Shown: positions 1 through 14,718, numbered from the whole stretch's first letter. The stretch: 63,956 nt of DNA, filler included, from Hyphochytrium catenoides (GCA_900088475.1; 11 parts of 11 records of this genome joined end to end with filler, not necessarily neighbours in it), one strand, 5' to 3'. Made by a program: numbers and translations. Notes: a model not told the origin generated them from the sequence alone.

Positions 1-984
1 ACTTTTCACCGTATAAATTCCCTCTAATAAGGTTATTTTTCGGAATATCGTCGCAGCAGCAGCAGCGGAGGAAGCTTAGTTAATCCCAACAACCGCAGAC
101 GAAGGCAGCCACAAGTGACAAGGCCTGCAAGCAGCAGCAAGCCGCTGACACCACACAACAAAAAGCAATAGTAACAGAACAACAAAATGGCTCTATCAAG
201 AAACAGCAACAAGCACCAAGAAGAGAGTTCGCGCCGACATACAAATAGAACTAAAGGCCTTTGGTAGTTCCTCTACGGCATTGAGTGCCCAACTCCTCTC
301 TCTGATCATGCTGTCCACTACTAACTACGGCCGTTCCAAGTACAATAGCATGAGGTAATGGCAAGTCCAGTTATGCAGCAAAGACAGAGCTTGGGATGGC
401 ATACAAAAAGCAGTACCTCTTGGCTGTGAGAAGTGGTACTGCAGGCAATTTATGTGAAAAAGAGGAGGGACAAGAGAGAGCGCCGGGTGGGGGCGAGAGT
501 GGGCCCGGCCATAAAAAGTAACGGGACCCAAAGACAGCGTAAGTCTGACATCATCACCTGTATAGCTCAAGAACTACCAGGCCCTTTTCGCTTGGGCAAA
601 ACGCGTCAAAGTTAGGTTTGTCCTAGTCTTGACTCTCCTGTGTCTAGTCAGTCGAAGGAGCAAGAAGAAAATATAACGACGATATTTGGTAGCCAAGAAC
701 TGGCAGATGAAAATCGATGGGACCTTACGCCCACCCTCCAGTCCCACCCGCCTTCTGATCTGTTCTGGCTCGCAATGTCTGTGTATTCCTCTAGTTCCTT
801 GCTTCCTTAGTGGTAGATTATTCCTTGTTTTTGCCTTGCCTCTTCATCAGTATCCAGTCCAGCGCGACAGATTACAAAAACAATCCACCACCCACCCAAC
901 CATAGAAATAGAGGTGGGTGGGAGACGTCAGGTCTTCCCTTACTCCGCCCAAGTGCTGCCTTTTCCTAGTTAGGCATTGCCTAG

Positions 985-1314
985 CTAATCGTAAATCTGA
1001 ACCATGATTTTCTTAGTAGTTTGGACAACAACATTACGGAGTTCCCAGAACCCACAAACTTCAGCATGGTGTGTACAAGGTACAAGGACCGTGTGTGCCG
1101 CTCTTTCCTGGAATCTTTCAACAGAATGCCTTCTACCTATATTACAATGGATAACAGGGTGGTACCTGTTGAAAGCTTTCGAAAACGGGAATTTTCCGAT
1201 GTCACAGGTCATTCCTGAGGCACATTCTCTCTTGCGAACAGCTAACCCCAGTCTTCTATGGTAGACCTCCACCCCCTGTTTTGGCTCCTCTCTGTGCCTT
1301 CCTGGCCAAATTAC
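985..1314 (-). CDS. Possible 3'-terminal exon of an unidentified gene
   Basis: About 110 open codons (VIWPGRHREEP...VQIYD*) follow a pyrimidine-rich acceptor ending ttgtcag on the minus strand. No recognisable motif; the contig ends at 1494. Confidence 0.2.
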   Translation of the reverse strand, partial: VIWPGRHREEPKQGVEVYHRRLGLAVRKRECASGMTCDIGKFPFSKAFNRYHPVIHCNIGRRHSVERFQERAAHTVLVPCTHHAEVCGFWELRNVVVQTTKKIMVQIYD

Positions 1315-1494
1315 CTGACAACTGAAGTGAGACAGATAACAGCGCTGACAGACAGAGTGTGAAAGCAATATGAAATAGCAGTTGAAAGACTATCATTGTC
1401 CTCGATACAGAGTGATTTAGAGAAGGAGAGTGTAGCGAGGTAGAGCAGGAGACGAGAGGTTATCACTATTATTGTCAGGAAACGGAGCAAAGAT

Positions 1495-1594
1495 NNNNNN
1501 NNNNNNNNNNNNNNNNNNNNNNNNNNNNNNNNNNNNNNTTAATTAATTAANNNNNNNNNNNNNNNNNNNNNNNNNNNNNNNNNNNNNNNNNNNN
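1495..1594. other. Artificial contig linker (44N-TTAATTAATTAA-44N)
   Basis: The same 100-bp linker with stops in all six frames also occurs at 17507-17606, 44884-44983, 47797-47896, 51708-51807, 54713-54812, 55963-56062, 57096-57195, 60081-60180 and 62482-62581. Plain N gaps at 15967-16015 and 31640-31692. Confidence 0.98.
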
Positions 1595-1719
1595 ACTCGT
1601 TCGGTCAGCCCTCAGCAGTGACTAGAAGAAACAGTACGTCCAGATAATAGAGATGCGCAGATCGGGGATGGGGGCTAGTGCTTTATAGTTAAGAGGTAGG
1701 AGGCAATGGCATCATTTAC

Positions 1720-4700
1720 CTTGCTATAGGTCTCCCACTCCCCTCCAGTCATTTTGATATCTTTCAGCCGCTTTTGAAGAGCTTCTTCTGCCATCTTCCT
1801 GGCTCTTTCCTTCGCTTCCTCTGAGACTTGATCCTTGTAAGCCTACAGGAGGTGTTAGGAGATCATGATTGAGCGGGGAAAGAGAGTCAGTTCATACGAT
1901 GTTCTTCAGCCCGCGGTTTCCTGCGTAGTGAAGCGAAGAGCTAGGCTAGTATTGGCCACCCTTGGGGGAAGGGAGCCCGAACACTCTAGTACCTGTGATA
2001 CTTGGTGGACCTTGTGTCCCTTGTCCAGCCTGTACGGGCCTCCTCGACCGCCAAGGCCTGGGAACACAAAGTGAAAAAGAGAGCAAAGACATCAGCAGCG
2101 GCGGCTGGGCTGCCTTCTTCACGCGCTTCTGACAGATCCCATCTATCTAACCTGCGGTGTCAGAACCTCCCGTCCCTCCTGCCCAGGTGTTCCCTCCAAC
2201 GTGCGGCTCGTTCTTTTCGTCCTCTTTGCCATGCTTCGGAGCATCCAGTCCCGTGCGGGGAATGGATGATGAAGACGCACCATCTCCTTTGGCGATGAGA
2301 GTAGGCAAGGGTGGTGTGAGTCAAATAGTTCAGGTAAAGACTCTTTGGAGAGGTAAAAGCGACTATCTCGTACCAAGGATCTTACAGGGTAAAGCCCACA
2401 CAGAGGACAAGATGAACACCAGAAGACAAGATGAACACCTCCCGAGAAGGAGAAGTTTGTATGAATCCGCTTAAGAGTTGCTGGAGAAGGGGCAAGGAGC
2501 CAACCCGCTAGCGGAGAATGTGCTCTGTCTCGTACCTGAAAAAGTAAGACTCAAGCTGTCTTCACTACGTGCCAGCCCAAACATCTCACGCCAGGTCGCC
2601 AGTTCCGTATCCAGCGCAGCAGAATCCAGCTACGGTATACACGGTTGCGAGAGGCCGGTCACTTCTTTATCTCAACTGGCGCAGCCTACCCTATCTCGTC
2701 TTTTAAGCGGACTCTGTCCTCCGCACTGTCCTTCCGACGCGATCCACCGACTAAGCGCTACGAAAAGCCTCACCTGCCAGAAAGAGAGTAGTCCATTCTC
2801 TTGCAGAGTGACCAAAGAGCCGTCATTCAGCTCTGCGACACCCACGAGTGCATCAGTCGGCCTGCGTGACAAGAGTTATACTTTGATCTAACTGTGTGAT
2901 CGGCGTTTTGCAAGGTCAACTTTTACGCCGGTAATGAGTTGAAGTCTCAGTAGGATGATCTGCCTCCCTCTTTCGTAGTGTCTCTCCTTCTGTAAAAATA
3001 CGAGTGCATTCTCTTCTTCAACCCTTTCCCACTGGAGAGCCAGGTTGCTATGCGTGCAGGGACTTCTCCAGTTCCGCCAACCCCCATTAGTTCCTGTGGA
3101 CGTACCGGCTCCCTTTTCTATAGCGGGAAGTATCACCATCCTCTCCAGTGACGCTGGGTAAGGGAATCTCTCGTTTTGTTCTCTCAGCGGGAGAAATAAC
3201 CTCAAGACGGTATCTATCCGCACGTAGCTTGCCTTGCTGACCCCTGTGCTTGTCATCTTGCGTCTTTTCAGTTTCTCTCTTTCCCACGGGCAAGGCACAG
3301 GCATTAACGAGGAAAGGCGTCTCTTCAAGGTTTCTTGACAGCAGGAGTCTCTCGTCGTCTTCCAGGTTCGCCATTGAGCCTGACAGACAGGATTCAGTGG
3401 GATAAACAACGCAAGAATTGACGACCCGAAGTGTTTTTTTGTTGAGGCAGAAGTTGATGGAGCAGCAGTCAGTTAGGCAAGCATAAAGATATGCGAGGTT
3501 TATAACGCGATCAGTGGACCTTGTCTTCTAGAGAGAAAAATATCCATCCCCTTCCGTCTTGTGTGTTCCCAGTTCTCTGTTGCGCTGCTGGTGCGGCCGA
3601 CAGGATAGGAAAGGCCCACGGCGAAGTAGGAGGTGGGAAGCGAGAAACATCGTGCCTCGGAGTCCTCTCTAAGGTGGGGAGGAGATAGAACTCTCCCAGA
3701 TGGCGTTGGCACGACGGAGAGCGCTGTCGACACCACGAGCGAGAGGAGGAGGCGATCACAAAGCAGGAGTAAAAGAGCGAAGGAGAAAATCAAACGGGAT
3801 CACTTAATCAGCGAGGAGGAAATGCACTGTTGGGAGGGTCAACGAAAGAGCGCACGTGTAAGCGAAGCACTAATGAACAAACAGAAACTTTCAAAGCCTA
3901 GCATTTCAGAGGTATGGAGACCCCAAGGGAAGGGAAACTCTATTCCTGAAAGAAAACAGCTCCACAACTTCCAAATAGGTAGCGTGATCACATCAGATAG
4001 AGCAATAGCAGCGAGGACGAACCAGAGGGTTGACAGTGAGGCTGCCCGGGAGCTGCTTCAGCTGTCATTGGCGTTAGAAACGCAGTGTGATGGAGGAAGT
4101 CCCCTCTATCTCTCTTGTCCCCTTCCCAAGTCATCCAGAAAGACGTGGAGGGATCTGAGGTATGCAGAAGCCTGGTAGACGTTCCGAAGCATTGAGCAAA
4201 ATAATAAGCATGACATTAGGTAAAACGCAAACTCTCTTCTGATGGATGGGCAGATAGGTTGAAAAGTAACGAAAGACGAGAGCCAGGTGATCATTACCAA
4301 GTCTTCTCTGAACCGATCTCTATTCTCTCTAAGTGCATCCCCGAAGGAAGGGAAAAGGTTCGGGCCTCTCCTCTCTGAATATTCAGGATATCGAATGTCC
4401 GTCCACCTTCTCTGTACCGAAGTAGGACGTTCTCGTTTGCCTCTGAAATGAGCTGTAGTCTCCAGGGTCCTTTGGCGTCCTCATCGGTCTCTACCCCTAG
4501 ATATGGTTATAGCACAGAATATTAGGGGACGAAAATTGACGAAAGATGGTCAGCCTTTCGTCAACTTCTGGCCCTGGGGCTGACAGATTGGAGAGACTAT
4601 ACACAGCAGACTTCTAGGAATCGCAAGAAATGAATACCTTCATTCCAAGGAAAGAAGCCTCCGAAGCCTCTTCTCTTCCCTCCGGAGAGACTTCGCAGGT

Positions 4701-7700
4701 CCAGCGCCTTCGTAACTCCATCACCTGAGCAGAGATTTTGATGAGACGTACCAAAGTATAGTCTACTATATGAAAGGACGGATGACGCGAACGAACAACA
4801 TGAGAGAATCAGCAGATTAAAGGCAGACCACCTCGAACAGATGACATGAGGGATCTCCGTTAACGGAGTCAAACTCCCACATACTTACAGTTGAGTGGAT
4901 CGAGTAAAAGGAGAAAGTGTGAGTCCGCAAAATAGAGCGCTAGCTCCTTTCGCTTTTGCAGGGGCAGGCACACCACCTGTGGGGAAGAATACGAAGGGTC
5001 GAACTCTATGTAAGAGTGCCGCCTCTCTCCTTGATCCGTCTCCTTCAATGAGATTGAGTGAAGGCCTATATACAGAGAGGGGACCGTGAGCCAAATAAGG
5101 GGCAGCGACATCTTCTAATAAAGGACGAATGGCTTGCAGAGTTTCACGACGTAGGCTTAGAAAGGTCACCGAGCAAGAGAGGAGGCTTGAATAGGAGCTT
5201 ACCCAGAGGGGAGTTCGTCAAAATGTGTAGCGAGTCATCGTCCTTGAGATGAAGCAAAGCGCGGGCTTTCGCCCTGTCTGATCGCAGAGGTAGCGAGAAG
5301 GTAGCTGTCTGCTCTGAGAACTCTCTCAAGCGAGACGACTGGATAGAGATTGGAAGAGAGGTGGGTGGATCGAACCACAGCCTAAAGAGTAATGATGTCA
5401 GCAAGGATTTGGGAGAATGAGGCAGAAAGGGGAGGGCACAAGGAAGAGGCAACAAGAGGGGACAGAAGTGAGAGGGCAACACGACGAGTAGTAGCTGTAA
5501 CAAGTGTACAGGGGTGAGCAGACGATGGCCACATCTTCACTCAGAGCACGCAGCATATTCAGACAAAGAGCGCAGTTGATGTGCCAGGGATAGAGCATAT
5601 CTATTAACTTGTTTAAGAGAGCTTCCTACCGCGTGAACTTGAGGCTCTGTTTCTCTCCCTCGAGGTGAAGGGAAGAAGGGGCCGACGATGAGGAGCTGCT
5701 ACTTCTACCCTTCTTGCTCCCCCGTGCGCTTATAGCACCCGCGCTACCCCCTCCTTCCCCATCGTCTCCATCTCTTCCCGTCCTCCACGTTACAGCCAGC
5801 TCTGGCTCTGGAATTGCCTCCACTTTGGCGAGCTTTACTGTAGGCTTGCTCTGCATATCGAGAGTCGAGAAGCGCAAAGACAAGATAAGGTATAGGGAAT
5901 CAAGTAGTCTTCCGGTCCGCAAGGCATGGATGGAACCGCTCAGGAACCGTTAAAAGGTCTAACTCTCTCAGGGACGATGAGGCACAAATAGGGTAGCAGT
6001 AGAGGTACTCACATGTTCCTCAAAGGAGAGAGGTATCTCGTGCTTATGAAAGACCTCCTCAATTCTCTTGCGGAGCCCAAAGTCAAAGAAGTCAAAGGCC
6101 AAAACATTTGACAGAGCCCCCACAACGCCGTCAGCAGGAAAGCTTTGAAGGTGACGGCACACGGCCACCGCCTCCCGAACGGAGAACGGATAGGACAGAG
6201 CACCCTCTTCGACCAGTGCACGAAGCTCTGAGACAACGGTACAACCAATACAGGCAACGACACATCCATGTGGTCCACGGCATGCAACGCGAACCCGGGG
6301 CAAGGACAGGATTGAAGATCAGTGGAGTAGGAAAGAAGACGTCCCAGCCAAGAAAGACATCACTGAGGGAGACGGCCACGAATGGTAGAGAACGTGCAAA
6401 GCAGACTATCGGAAAAGGGCAAAGAAGGCAACGATGACATGGGCTATGAAGTGATGCGCCAGAGGTATTTGACGGAGGGAAGAGACGAGCGGGAGCAGTG
6501 GGCGCAAGATAGAACGGGATCTGGGTGCGTGGAAAGAAAGAAAAATTACCTCTGAAGGCGTCGCAGATCTTATCTATGAGCTTTTGTTTCACATCTGGGG
6601 CATAACTTCGTAACAACTGTCTTTCACTCTCTCTGTCGGGATTGTCTATTGTGTGGCTGCAGAAGATGTCTCCGATCTCACGGAAGAAGTTATTTCCCAG
6701 AAAAGGAAAGCCTATTTAGCAAAACGATTGAGATGAGAAGACACCCTATCAACTTCGGGTAGTGTAGAAGAAAGGGGCAAAGTGCGAGACGACAGGCACC
6801 CGATGCTAGAATCAACTTGTTTGCGCCGCATTTCCATACGACAGGAAGCTAGCAATGGGGTGAGCTACTAGAGCAGTTGAACAAAATGCTTGCCAAAAGT
6901 AGTGGATGTCGGAAGGCACCATTATACCTGGTCGGTTGGCGAGTACTATCATTTTGAAGTTCGGATGTATGAGTATTCGCTGGGACTGGTCATCCAGAGG
7001 TTCGTGCGCGGCTCGGGAAGGGTGAAGGATGCGCCTGAATATTACGTTAAGCCCAGTTGCTTCTTTAAGTAGTCTCTTTCCAGTTTGGTCTCACTGTTCC
7101 GTCACTTTTCCAGTGCTGTAACTACGTCTCTTTCCTATTTTACTGCTACGTCTCTTTCCTATTCAGTTGCCACGACTCATGCGTTAATTGACTCACCTTC
7201 CGTCGCCAAGAAGCATCTCTCCGTCCTCTACCAAGCTCTTTAGCACACAAACAACCTCCAATGGAGCTTTATCTGGACATGGAACGGATAAGAAATCAGC
7301 GCTCACCTTGTTCCACCTGGCATTAGACCTTATTCTCACTCCAAAACGCCCCCTCTTTGGGTCCTCAATGAAAAGAGGCTTCTATCCCTACCCATCATAC
7401 TACGACTCGGGACAGCCTCGGTCCTCATCGTTCCCTGCAGTAGACAATTGTACGCCCCCTTCACGGTATGCATAAAACGCCATCCTTTCCCCAAACCCAG
7501 TCCGTAGAGTGCCCTGTACTTCTCAGCCCAAGGCCGTTTCTCTCTAGATACGTGTCAACTGTAAGGCTAGATTTCCTTTACCTGCTTCATCTACCACAAG
7601 AGTCCTGCCCTCGCTGACAGCTCTAACCAGAGGGGAGTCCTCCCAGCTGATCCTCCCATCCTTTAGGTTCGGGACTAAGGTCAAGCTCTGAAGGGTCGTA

Positions 7701-10700
7701 TCACTAGGAGTATTCCAGTCCACAAGCAAAATGGGTGGGAGACAGTAAGGGACTGCTTTCTGAACAAAAAGGACTAGCTACGTCCGTCTGAGTATGAAAT
7801 GACAGGCGAAGAAGAAGAGAAGAACTGCAGGCAGCCCTGGAATACCAGGAAAGACTAAAGCTGAATATCGCCCACATGCGACCCGTTTTACCCTGCAAGA
7901 CAATTCCAAATGCTGCGTAATGTTTATAAATCTCTTCTCGCTTTCGCCCGTTCCTCCACCTGTGGTTCCGTAGTCTTACCGATGCAGCTGAATATACTCT
8001 CTCTCGGCCTTGAGAAGAGCGAGTAGCCTGTCTGCAAGCTTATTCTTGCCCACACCCTGGTTCCCGATCAAGAGTAAATGCCTTTCCCCAGAGTTCAGAT
8101 CTTGCAGCATAGACCTGCCCAAAAAGGTGTAGACCGGTACTGTTTAGATACAGCATCCGAGGCAAAATATTGGCCAACATGCTTCTTAAACAAGACAAGA
8201 GTACACGTGCAAAGAAAGAATGGGTTGGAGTAAGCATCGGTTGTAAGGAAAGTTGGTGCCCAAGCAATCTCCAGGGCAGAGCGAGCAAGGAGAGGTGGAG
8301 CGCCTGACCTTAAGATGCTTATGTGTTGTGGGATATCAAAAAACACAGGGTCTGGTACTAGCTCTGGTCTCGTAGGAGTCTCTAAAGGACGAGTAACTCC
8401 ACCAATGTCCAGGATGCCATCCGCCACCGACACCGAGAAGGGGTCGCGAGCTAAGTGTGTGCAGGTTCGTGACACAGAGGAATTAGAAATGAGGCGGTGT
8501 GTTCGGCATTGCTAAAGACAGATGAGACTGCTCAAATAGGAGGTGAGGACACGGCAGGGTGAAAGGAATAACTCTAGGTGAGAGGCTGCAATAATAGCGG
8601 CTGATAGGACGTCACGGCCACTTATCTCTCTAGCCCAGAGAGTACTTAACCTCCTCGTTGTTCCGAAGCAGGCTTTACTTCTCACCTACTGTATCCTTTT
8701 TCTTCCTTAGTGTCTGTACTGGTACACCAGCTCTCTCTAAAAGGTTGCGGAGAGCGATTTGGGAGGAAGATGGTAGGAAGCGGCTCATCATGGCGTCTCC
8801 CACAAGGTTTGGAAGCTCAGGGAGAGCTGCCTCTGGGTAGGCAGAGAGATGCCGGCATATCCTTAAAAGCTGACGAGGAGAGAGAGGAGTGAGCCCTTCT
8901 CCGGCGCTACTTTGTGAGCGAATGTTCTGTGGCACCCTTTTGTGACCTTTCTGTGCTTGCTCCTCACCTGTAGCCAGAATGACGTTTCAGAATAAAGGTG
9001 CAGGGAACATTTAGAGAGCCGAACAGGTGAGAGGACGGATCTCTTAGAGGGACAGAAAGCACTATGGCAAAAGTGTTGACTAAACTGGTAGGCGCAACGA
9101 ATCCACACTAGGTCCACTACGTAAGGGACAAGGCAGAGTGACTGCTCGATTAGGGGTTGGAAGAAGAGTGACTCACCAAGAGCTTCATACACATTCATCA
9201 CCACCTTTCGAACGTTCTCTGGAATACGAGGGAACAGTTTAGCCACCATCTCTTCTGCGGCTTCCCTTCTTAGAGGTGGGAGATAGTGGAATGAGAAGAG
9301 AGCCAAGGTCTCGGACGTTAGCCAACGGCTATCGGCAGCAGGAGGATTGGCCAGCGCGATAATCCTGAATGACGGATGGACCGGATAGGCCTGTCGAGCG
9401 GTTAGCGATATAAACGGGTAAGTTAAGGGGCCCAAGGGCTTGTCACCTTGGCCTTATGAGTGCAAGCTTTCGTCGTTTCGATCTAATGAATCGGCAGCAC
9501 GGTGAAGCAAGGGCGAGAAGGACAGCCATCCACGGCATAAAGGAGGATGGGAGAAAGTACTTGTTAGCCAGACCCTAGGACAAATAACGTGTAGCAAATT
9601 GAAACGAGAAGAACGGAACCGCATTAGAAGTCGGTAAATAGCTCCCTCACCTCTCCGGTTTCCAACGTCATCTGCTGGTGTTGGTCGTACGGCCGAAGGG
9701 TGGATCCATCATAGAGGTCTAATTCTCGTTCCTGAACCAGCCTCTGGAGGACAGATAGGGTGTCAGGGGAGAGACGGTGAATTCCATCTAGCACCACGAT
9801 TTTCCCCTCTTTTGCTGCTGTAACGAGAGGACTGTCCTCCCATCTGTATAGCGGATTAGAGCGAAGACAAAAGGGATAAGATCTCATGACAGGGGAACAT
9901 TGCACTTATGGGCATCTGAGAAACAAGGGAGAAACGCAGCTAATCAGAGCCAACATAAATAAAGAATAAGAGGCAAGCAGCAAGTCCTAGGCCCGTGAGC
10001 GTCATCGGTTTGCGCTAGATGGAGGAGCAAATGGCACAGGAAAGAGACAAACGTGATGGACACAACAGACAAGATTAGAGTCGTCTGCTAAGAGGAGAAG
10101 GGAGAAGGTAGATAAGGAGAGGGAAGACCTACATAGTATCACCCTTTTCGTTGGTGCTTCTTCTCTGTAACAAGTCCCTTGCTGTCATATCCTTATACAA
10201 CGGGAACAGTTCCAGAGCATATCCAAGGCGAGTAGCAAACTCTCGAGCCAAAAGCGATTTGCCACTCCCTTTCCCTCCCACTAGACAGAAGTCACGACCA
10301 ACTGCGTGATCCTGGGGTCGAAATATGAAGAGAGATAAGAGCGTTTATAACCGGTCCATAAACACGGAAACCCTTGGGAAGCCAGGGCTGCTGGAGCCAG
10401 TAAGATATGCACGCAGAGAGAGGAGATGGAGCACAGGAAGGAGAGACAAGTACGACAGCCCTTAGGACGGACGGCAGACGAGCGGGAGCTACCAAGAGAC
10501 GCGGCGAGCTAATTGACAATATTGAGCCCGTCCCGACTCCGGACAAGAGATGCAAAGCAGCGAGCTATCGGAAAGATAACGCAGACAGCCAAACTGAGAG
10601 GAGAGAACACTTCAGGCAAAGCAAGTCAAACAGCAAGCTTGATCTCATACTATCTTACTAACCTGCATCATAGCAGTCAGGAGGTGAGCATGGACTTCCG

Positions 10701-13700
10701 TCTCCACAAACCCCTTGGTTGCCTCTAATGTGGTACTTAGCCCTCCGGTGGGGAGTGTAATTGGTTCTGTCTGCTTTCCAGGAAGGCTGGAGAACCTCAC
10801 AGAAACGCCGGGCAACGACACATCTGGCGCAGTCCAAACAACACATAGGAGCGTAAAGTTGAGAGGGCAGATCAGTGCAGCAAGGGGATAAAAAGAAGCT
10901 TTGGAGAGCCTCAGATGGGCACCTTGAAAGAATGAGAAGGTACACGAATCTAAAAGCAGCGTTTGAATGGTAATACAAGACAGGTGAAAGGGAGAGTTTA
11001 CCCAGTCCGTCTTGGCTGGTCGGCTTGTATATACCGCTAAGCCCCCTTTTCAAGTTGAACCTCTGGAGGACCAGTTGAGACGTCTCTTGGTGACTGGCTT
11101 CCGTCGGGGGAAGTGGAATTGAGGAGAAGTAAGGATAAGCTCTTGCGAGCAGCTCTGCACGTCAAAGGAAATGTCAGTTGCTTTCATAGGAGTTGGAGAA
11201 AAAGATGTGGCAGCTGAGTACGCTTAGAGCTCGTCTGGTCGAATGGAGCTAAGACTTTCCCTGGATTGCATGGCAAACCTCTCTGACCAGATTGAAGACA
11301 AAGGCTCTTCTAGAACCGCAGTAACAAGCATGATAACACGCTGAAGAACGAGAAAAAGAGAAGTTTTTGGACGGGCAAGCTCCAGCTGACGAACAAGAAA
11401 GAGTGGAAGATATGGGCGAAAATGCACGCACCGTGAACTGGCTCCTCAGGAAAGAGAGAGGCCACTCTAGCCAAGTGAGATAGAGAAGCAAAAGGAAAAT
11501 GAGGTATCCTTCCAGTCCCACTTTCGCTTCCTTCTTCTAAAACTCTGAGGGTCTCTGCGACACTCACTAGCTGTTCGAGAGAGGACGATGGAGCCCCAGG
11601 GGCTTCCTCCGATAGCCGACCCAAGAGGGCACCTGGGCCAAGTGCGGGACGCGGTTAGAGAGAGGATGGCGTGACCTTGCGTCTCGACAGGGAGGATAAA
11701 TCATCATCTTGGCCAGAGCAGGGGTATGGGAAGGATAATCATCGTCTTGGCCAGACCAGGGTAAAAAATGGCTGCCAAGGCAGGAAAGGAATGGACAGAT
11801 CGTCTCTACAAGGAAAAGCGTAATACCTGGAGCCGGAGGAGTAATTGAACGAGCCTGGAAGCGGCTCCTAAGAGGTGGATCCAAAGTTCGTCCGGGATAA
11901 GGAGGAACCTAAGGGTTTTGATGACTCTGAGCATTTATGCTGTTGACGCTATCTTTGTTCTCTTTCATCGCCTCTCCACCCTGTGCCCATCTGATAGCGC
12001 TATAACTCTCTCTTTCTGTTATAGATCTTGAGGGCACGCTCAAAAAAAGAGCTCAAAGGATAGTGACTTTCTTGACTTGCACTGCTACTGTCTACCCCTT
12101 ACCGGTATTCCTAATGCTATGACTCTAAAGGCCGGGTGAACCCTGACAATTCTGCGCGCAGAAAGCTCCTCTTCGGTGTGTCCTTCTTTCATAAGCGCAT
12201 CGTATCTGCCCAGTTAAGTGAGATTTGAGCGGAGATACAAGAGGTGTTCAGTCCAATTTGGACCCAATGCAGAAGACAGTGGTTTGAGCTCACCTCGCAG
12301 GCGACATGAGGAAGCGTCCATCGTCCAAGGACATTTCCCTTAAGAGACAGGAGCACTTAGACGGCCGCATAAAAAAGAATAACAACGCGACTTCAGGAAG
12401 TGCGGGAGGCTTCTCCGTCACATTACCGGTTTTCCAGTAGATTATTAAGGGTGGGAAGGACGTTTCTTTCTGCTTTTTCCAGTCCTGAAAGAAGCATGTT
12501 GAGTATTATACGTGGGTTCAGAGGAAGATAGAAGATCTGATAGTTAGCCGGTGAAGTCCAGAGTAGAATAGACCTATGGACGAGACGTAGAAAGGAACGA
12601 GCGACTAGATGACTAACGAGGGGAAGGGTTAACTGGGTGAGGTGACGGAGACTTAGATGACTGGAACTCACCATCTAGAACCAAGACCCTGCCGTGTATC
12701 GCCGCTCTCACTGGCGCTTGGTCAACAAAAACGGCAGTGCCCCCAACTATTTCCCTCCTCTTCGAAATGAATCATGTGAGAGGGGAGAGGTTACCACTTG
12801 ACAGACCCTCTGATCTTGACTCACGTGCCAATGGTGTGATTTCCTGCATCCGATAATCTTCCTAGCTTATTTACCTGCTTAATATCAGCTTCAGTGGTGT
12901 CTCTAGAGAGGGGAACATACTCCATCTCTTTGCCCGTCAGCTCGCAGAATTGTAGGGCTAACCAACGGCGTTCGGGCCCTGGAGGTCTAAAGTTGTCATA
13001 GGGAGTAATCGAGAGGCCCCACACGAGGGAAGCACGTTGTCAGTTTCAGCGTTTAGAATTCTCATGCAGAGAAAGACCCGTAGACGTTCATATCGGCGAC
13101 AACGGGAACTTCCACAAGTGCTCTTTCCATGGAGAGGAAGAGTGACGCACGCAAAAGACTGAGTAGCAGCAATTGGCGGCAACAAGAGCCGCCAAGACAT
13201 GGCAGCGACGACCAAGCGACAGCAGCAGCGTTTCTCTCACCCAAGAAGGAACATATCCTGCTTCAGCAAGTCTTTCTGCATCATCCACCGCAGATGTCTC
13301 AGCAAGTCCTGACGGTCAGGATATTAGCAAAGAAATCGTGAAGGGAGGCAGAGCACCCAGATTAGAGCACGCTGCGGAGGTGTGCAGCGCCATTGACTAA
13401 CCTTCGCCTCTGCTACGTCAGGTACCAGGTGGCCCCGCGGCACGAGTTGAGGGTTCTACACCGGGGGGAGCGGTCACCGCGAAGCGTAAGGAAGCGCACA
13501 GCCATCAGTAGTAGGGGACAAGATAAATACTATAAAGCGGCTAAGGCAAAGCAATAAAATGGGACCATCTGGCAAACCCCCTATATAAAGGTGCGATGAT
13601 GCACGAAGCTCCCTCAGACAGAAATTAGTCTTTCGTAGAGACAGGGCCCGGACAGGTAAGGGATCAATAAGCGGGGCAATTCAGAGGACACGACAAATAC

Positions 13701-14004
13701 TAAGATGGGAGGTGATAACCTTAGCTGGGTGGATCGCAACCGTAACATCGCCTATCGTGACGTGCTGGGGAAGCAAGACGTTGCACATGTCAGCGGATCA
13801 GAAGGTAAAGGTAGCCTTTACGGCTCCATAATCTCTTTCAATGTCTGGCTGTCGTACCTTATCTGCCTGCTCTAGAGAGAGACGGCTGACACGAAAATGT
13901 CGCAACCAGATACCACTCCGAGCGACAGTGGCTCGAGAAAGCGGAGTTGGGGACCTCCAGGCCCTCAGGAGAGCTGATCGGCGACAGACCTGAAAGGCTT
14001 GCAT
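1720..14004 (-). CDS. VWA8: VWA8 (KIAA0564-like) triple AAA+ ATPase, multi-exon, 3' end (VWA domain) truncated at contig edge
   Basis: Spliced exons give an Arg/Ser-rich presequence MQAFQVCRRSALLRAWRS..., then HLRWMMQKDLLKQDMFLLG|PPGPERRWLALQFCELTGKEMEYVPLSRDTTEADIKQ, LEKAERNVLPTLNNLLENR, LDPPLRSRFQAR. Second AAA: FCLVGGKGSGKS...DMTARDLLQRR...WEDSPLVTAAKEGKIVVLDGIHRL. Third AAA: LLLIGNQGVGKNKLADR...DEA|DKAPLEV, YPFSVREAVAVCRHL. C-terminal GLGGRGGPYRLDKGHKVHQVS (~1995-2060). Last visible exon is ~1720-1842. Confidence 0.93.
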
Positions 14005-14718
14005 CTTTACCTGCCTCTGAACGGTGTACCCTTCCCGTTGTCCACTCCCAGCTTCCCTTTAACCTTTCCTCAATAAACCGTCCTGCTTTCTTACTGATCC
14101 ACACGCATCATTCAAGAAGTCTCTGGTCTCAGCCCACGACCCTTGGCATCTGGAGAGAAGTGGCCGTGCTTCATACCAGTAGAAGCTGGTGAAGCTCTTG
14201 AGAAGATTGAGAAGACCGCGGTCATTGCCATCAATTGACGAGATCTGGTGATGGCGAGACAGACAGAGTTGCACCTGTTCCTCCTGATTCGCAGGAGCCG
14301 GTAACGTTACCTCGTTTGTCTAGTCAGTAACGGCTTTGTCTGTTCTATATCAAAATTGATCACGGAGACAGAGACAGAGGAGATAAAGAGTGGATTGAGA
14401 CTGCCAGACAGAGTAAGAGATAGGAAGGGTGAAAGACAGGCTACCAAGACGGAGAGAGAGAACGCGCGAGAGAGAAGAGAAATGAAAGAGATGAAAGAGA
14501 TTTGTCTTCCAGAGTGTTGCTTTCTGCGGAGATCATCGTGAAGTCTTGCTCTTCTCCCTGTGAAAAGATTCTCTCCCTACTCTCCAGACGGACGATCTGG
14601 CTCGATATAAAGGTGCGTACATCTCCAGTGCGGGTGAGCACTCTCTCCACTCCTACGAGCGAGGGGAAGCGCGGCATAGATATCTGGCTACTAGGATAGA
14701 AGGAGGAACTGCAGAAGG

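Noticed and set aside
1495-1594. Recurring TTAATTAATTAA as a biological repeat or palindrome
   Set aside because: Always centred in exactly 100 bp of N padding; a synthetic six-frame-stop contig linker.
11695-11765. Short tandem duplications in introns (also ~7121-7163 and ~40334-40372) as introner/MITE elements
   Set aside because: Each is a local slippage duplication. No sequence is shared between different introns and no TIR/TSD structure was seen.
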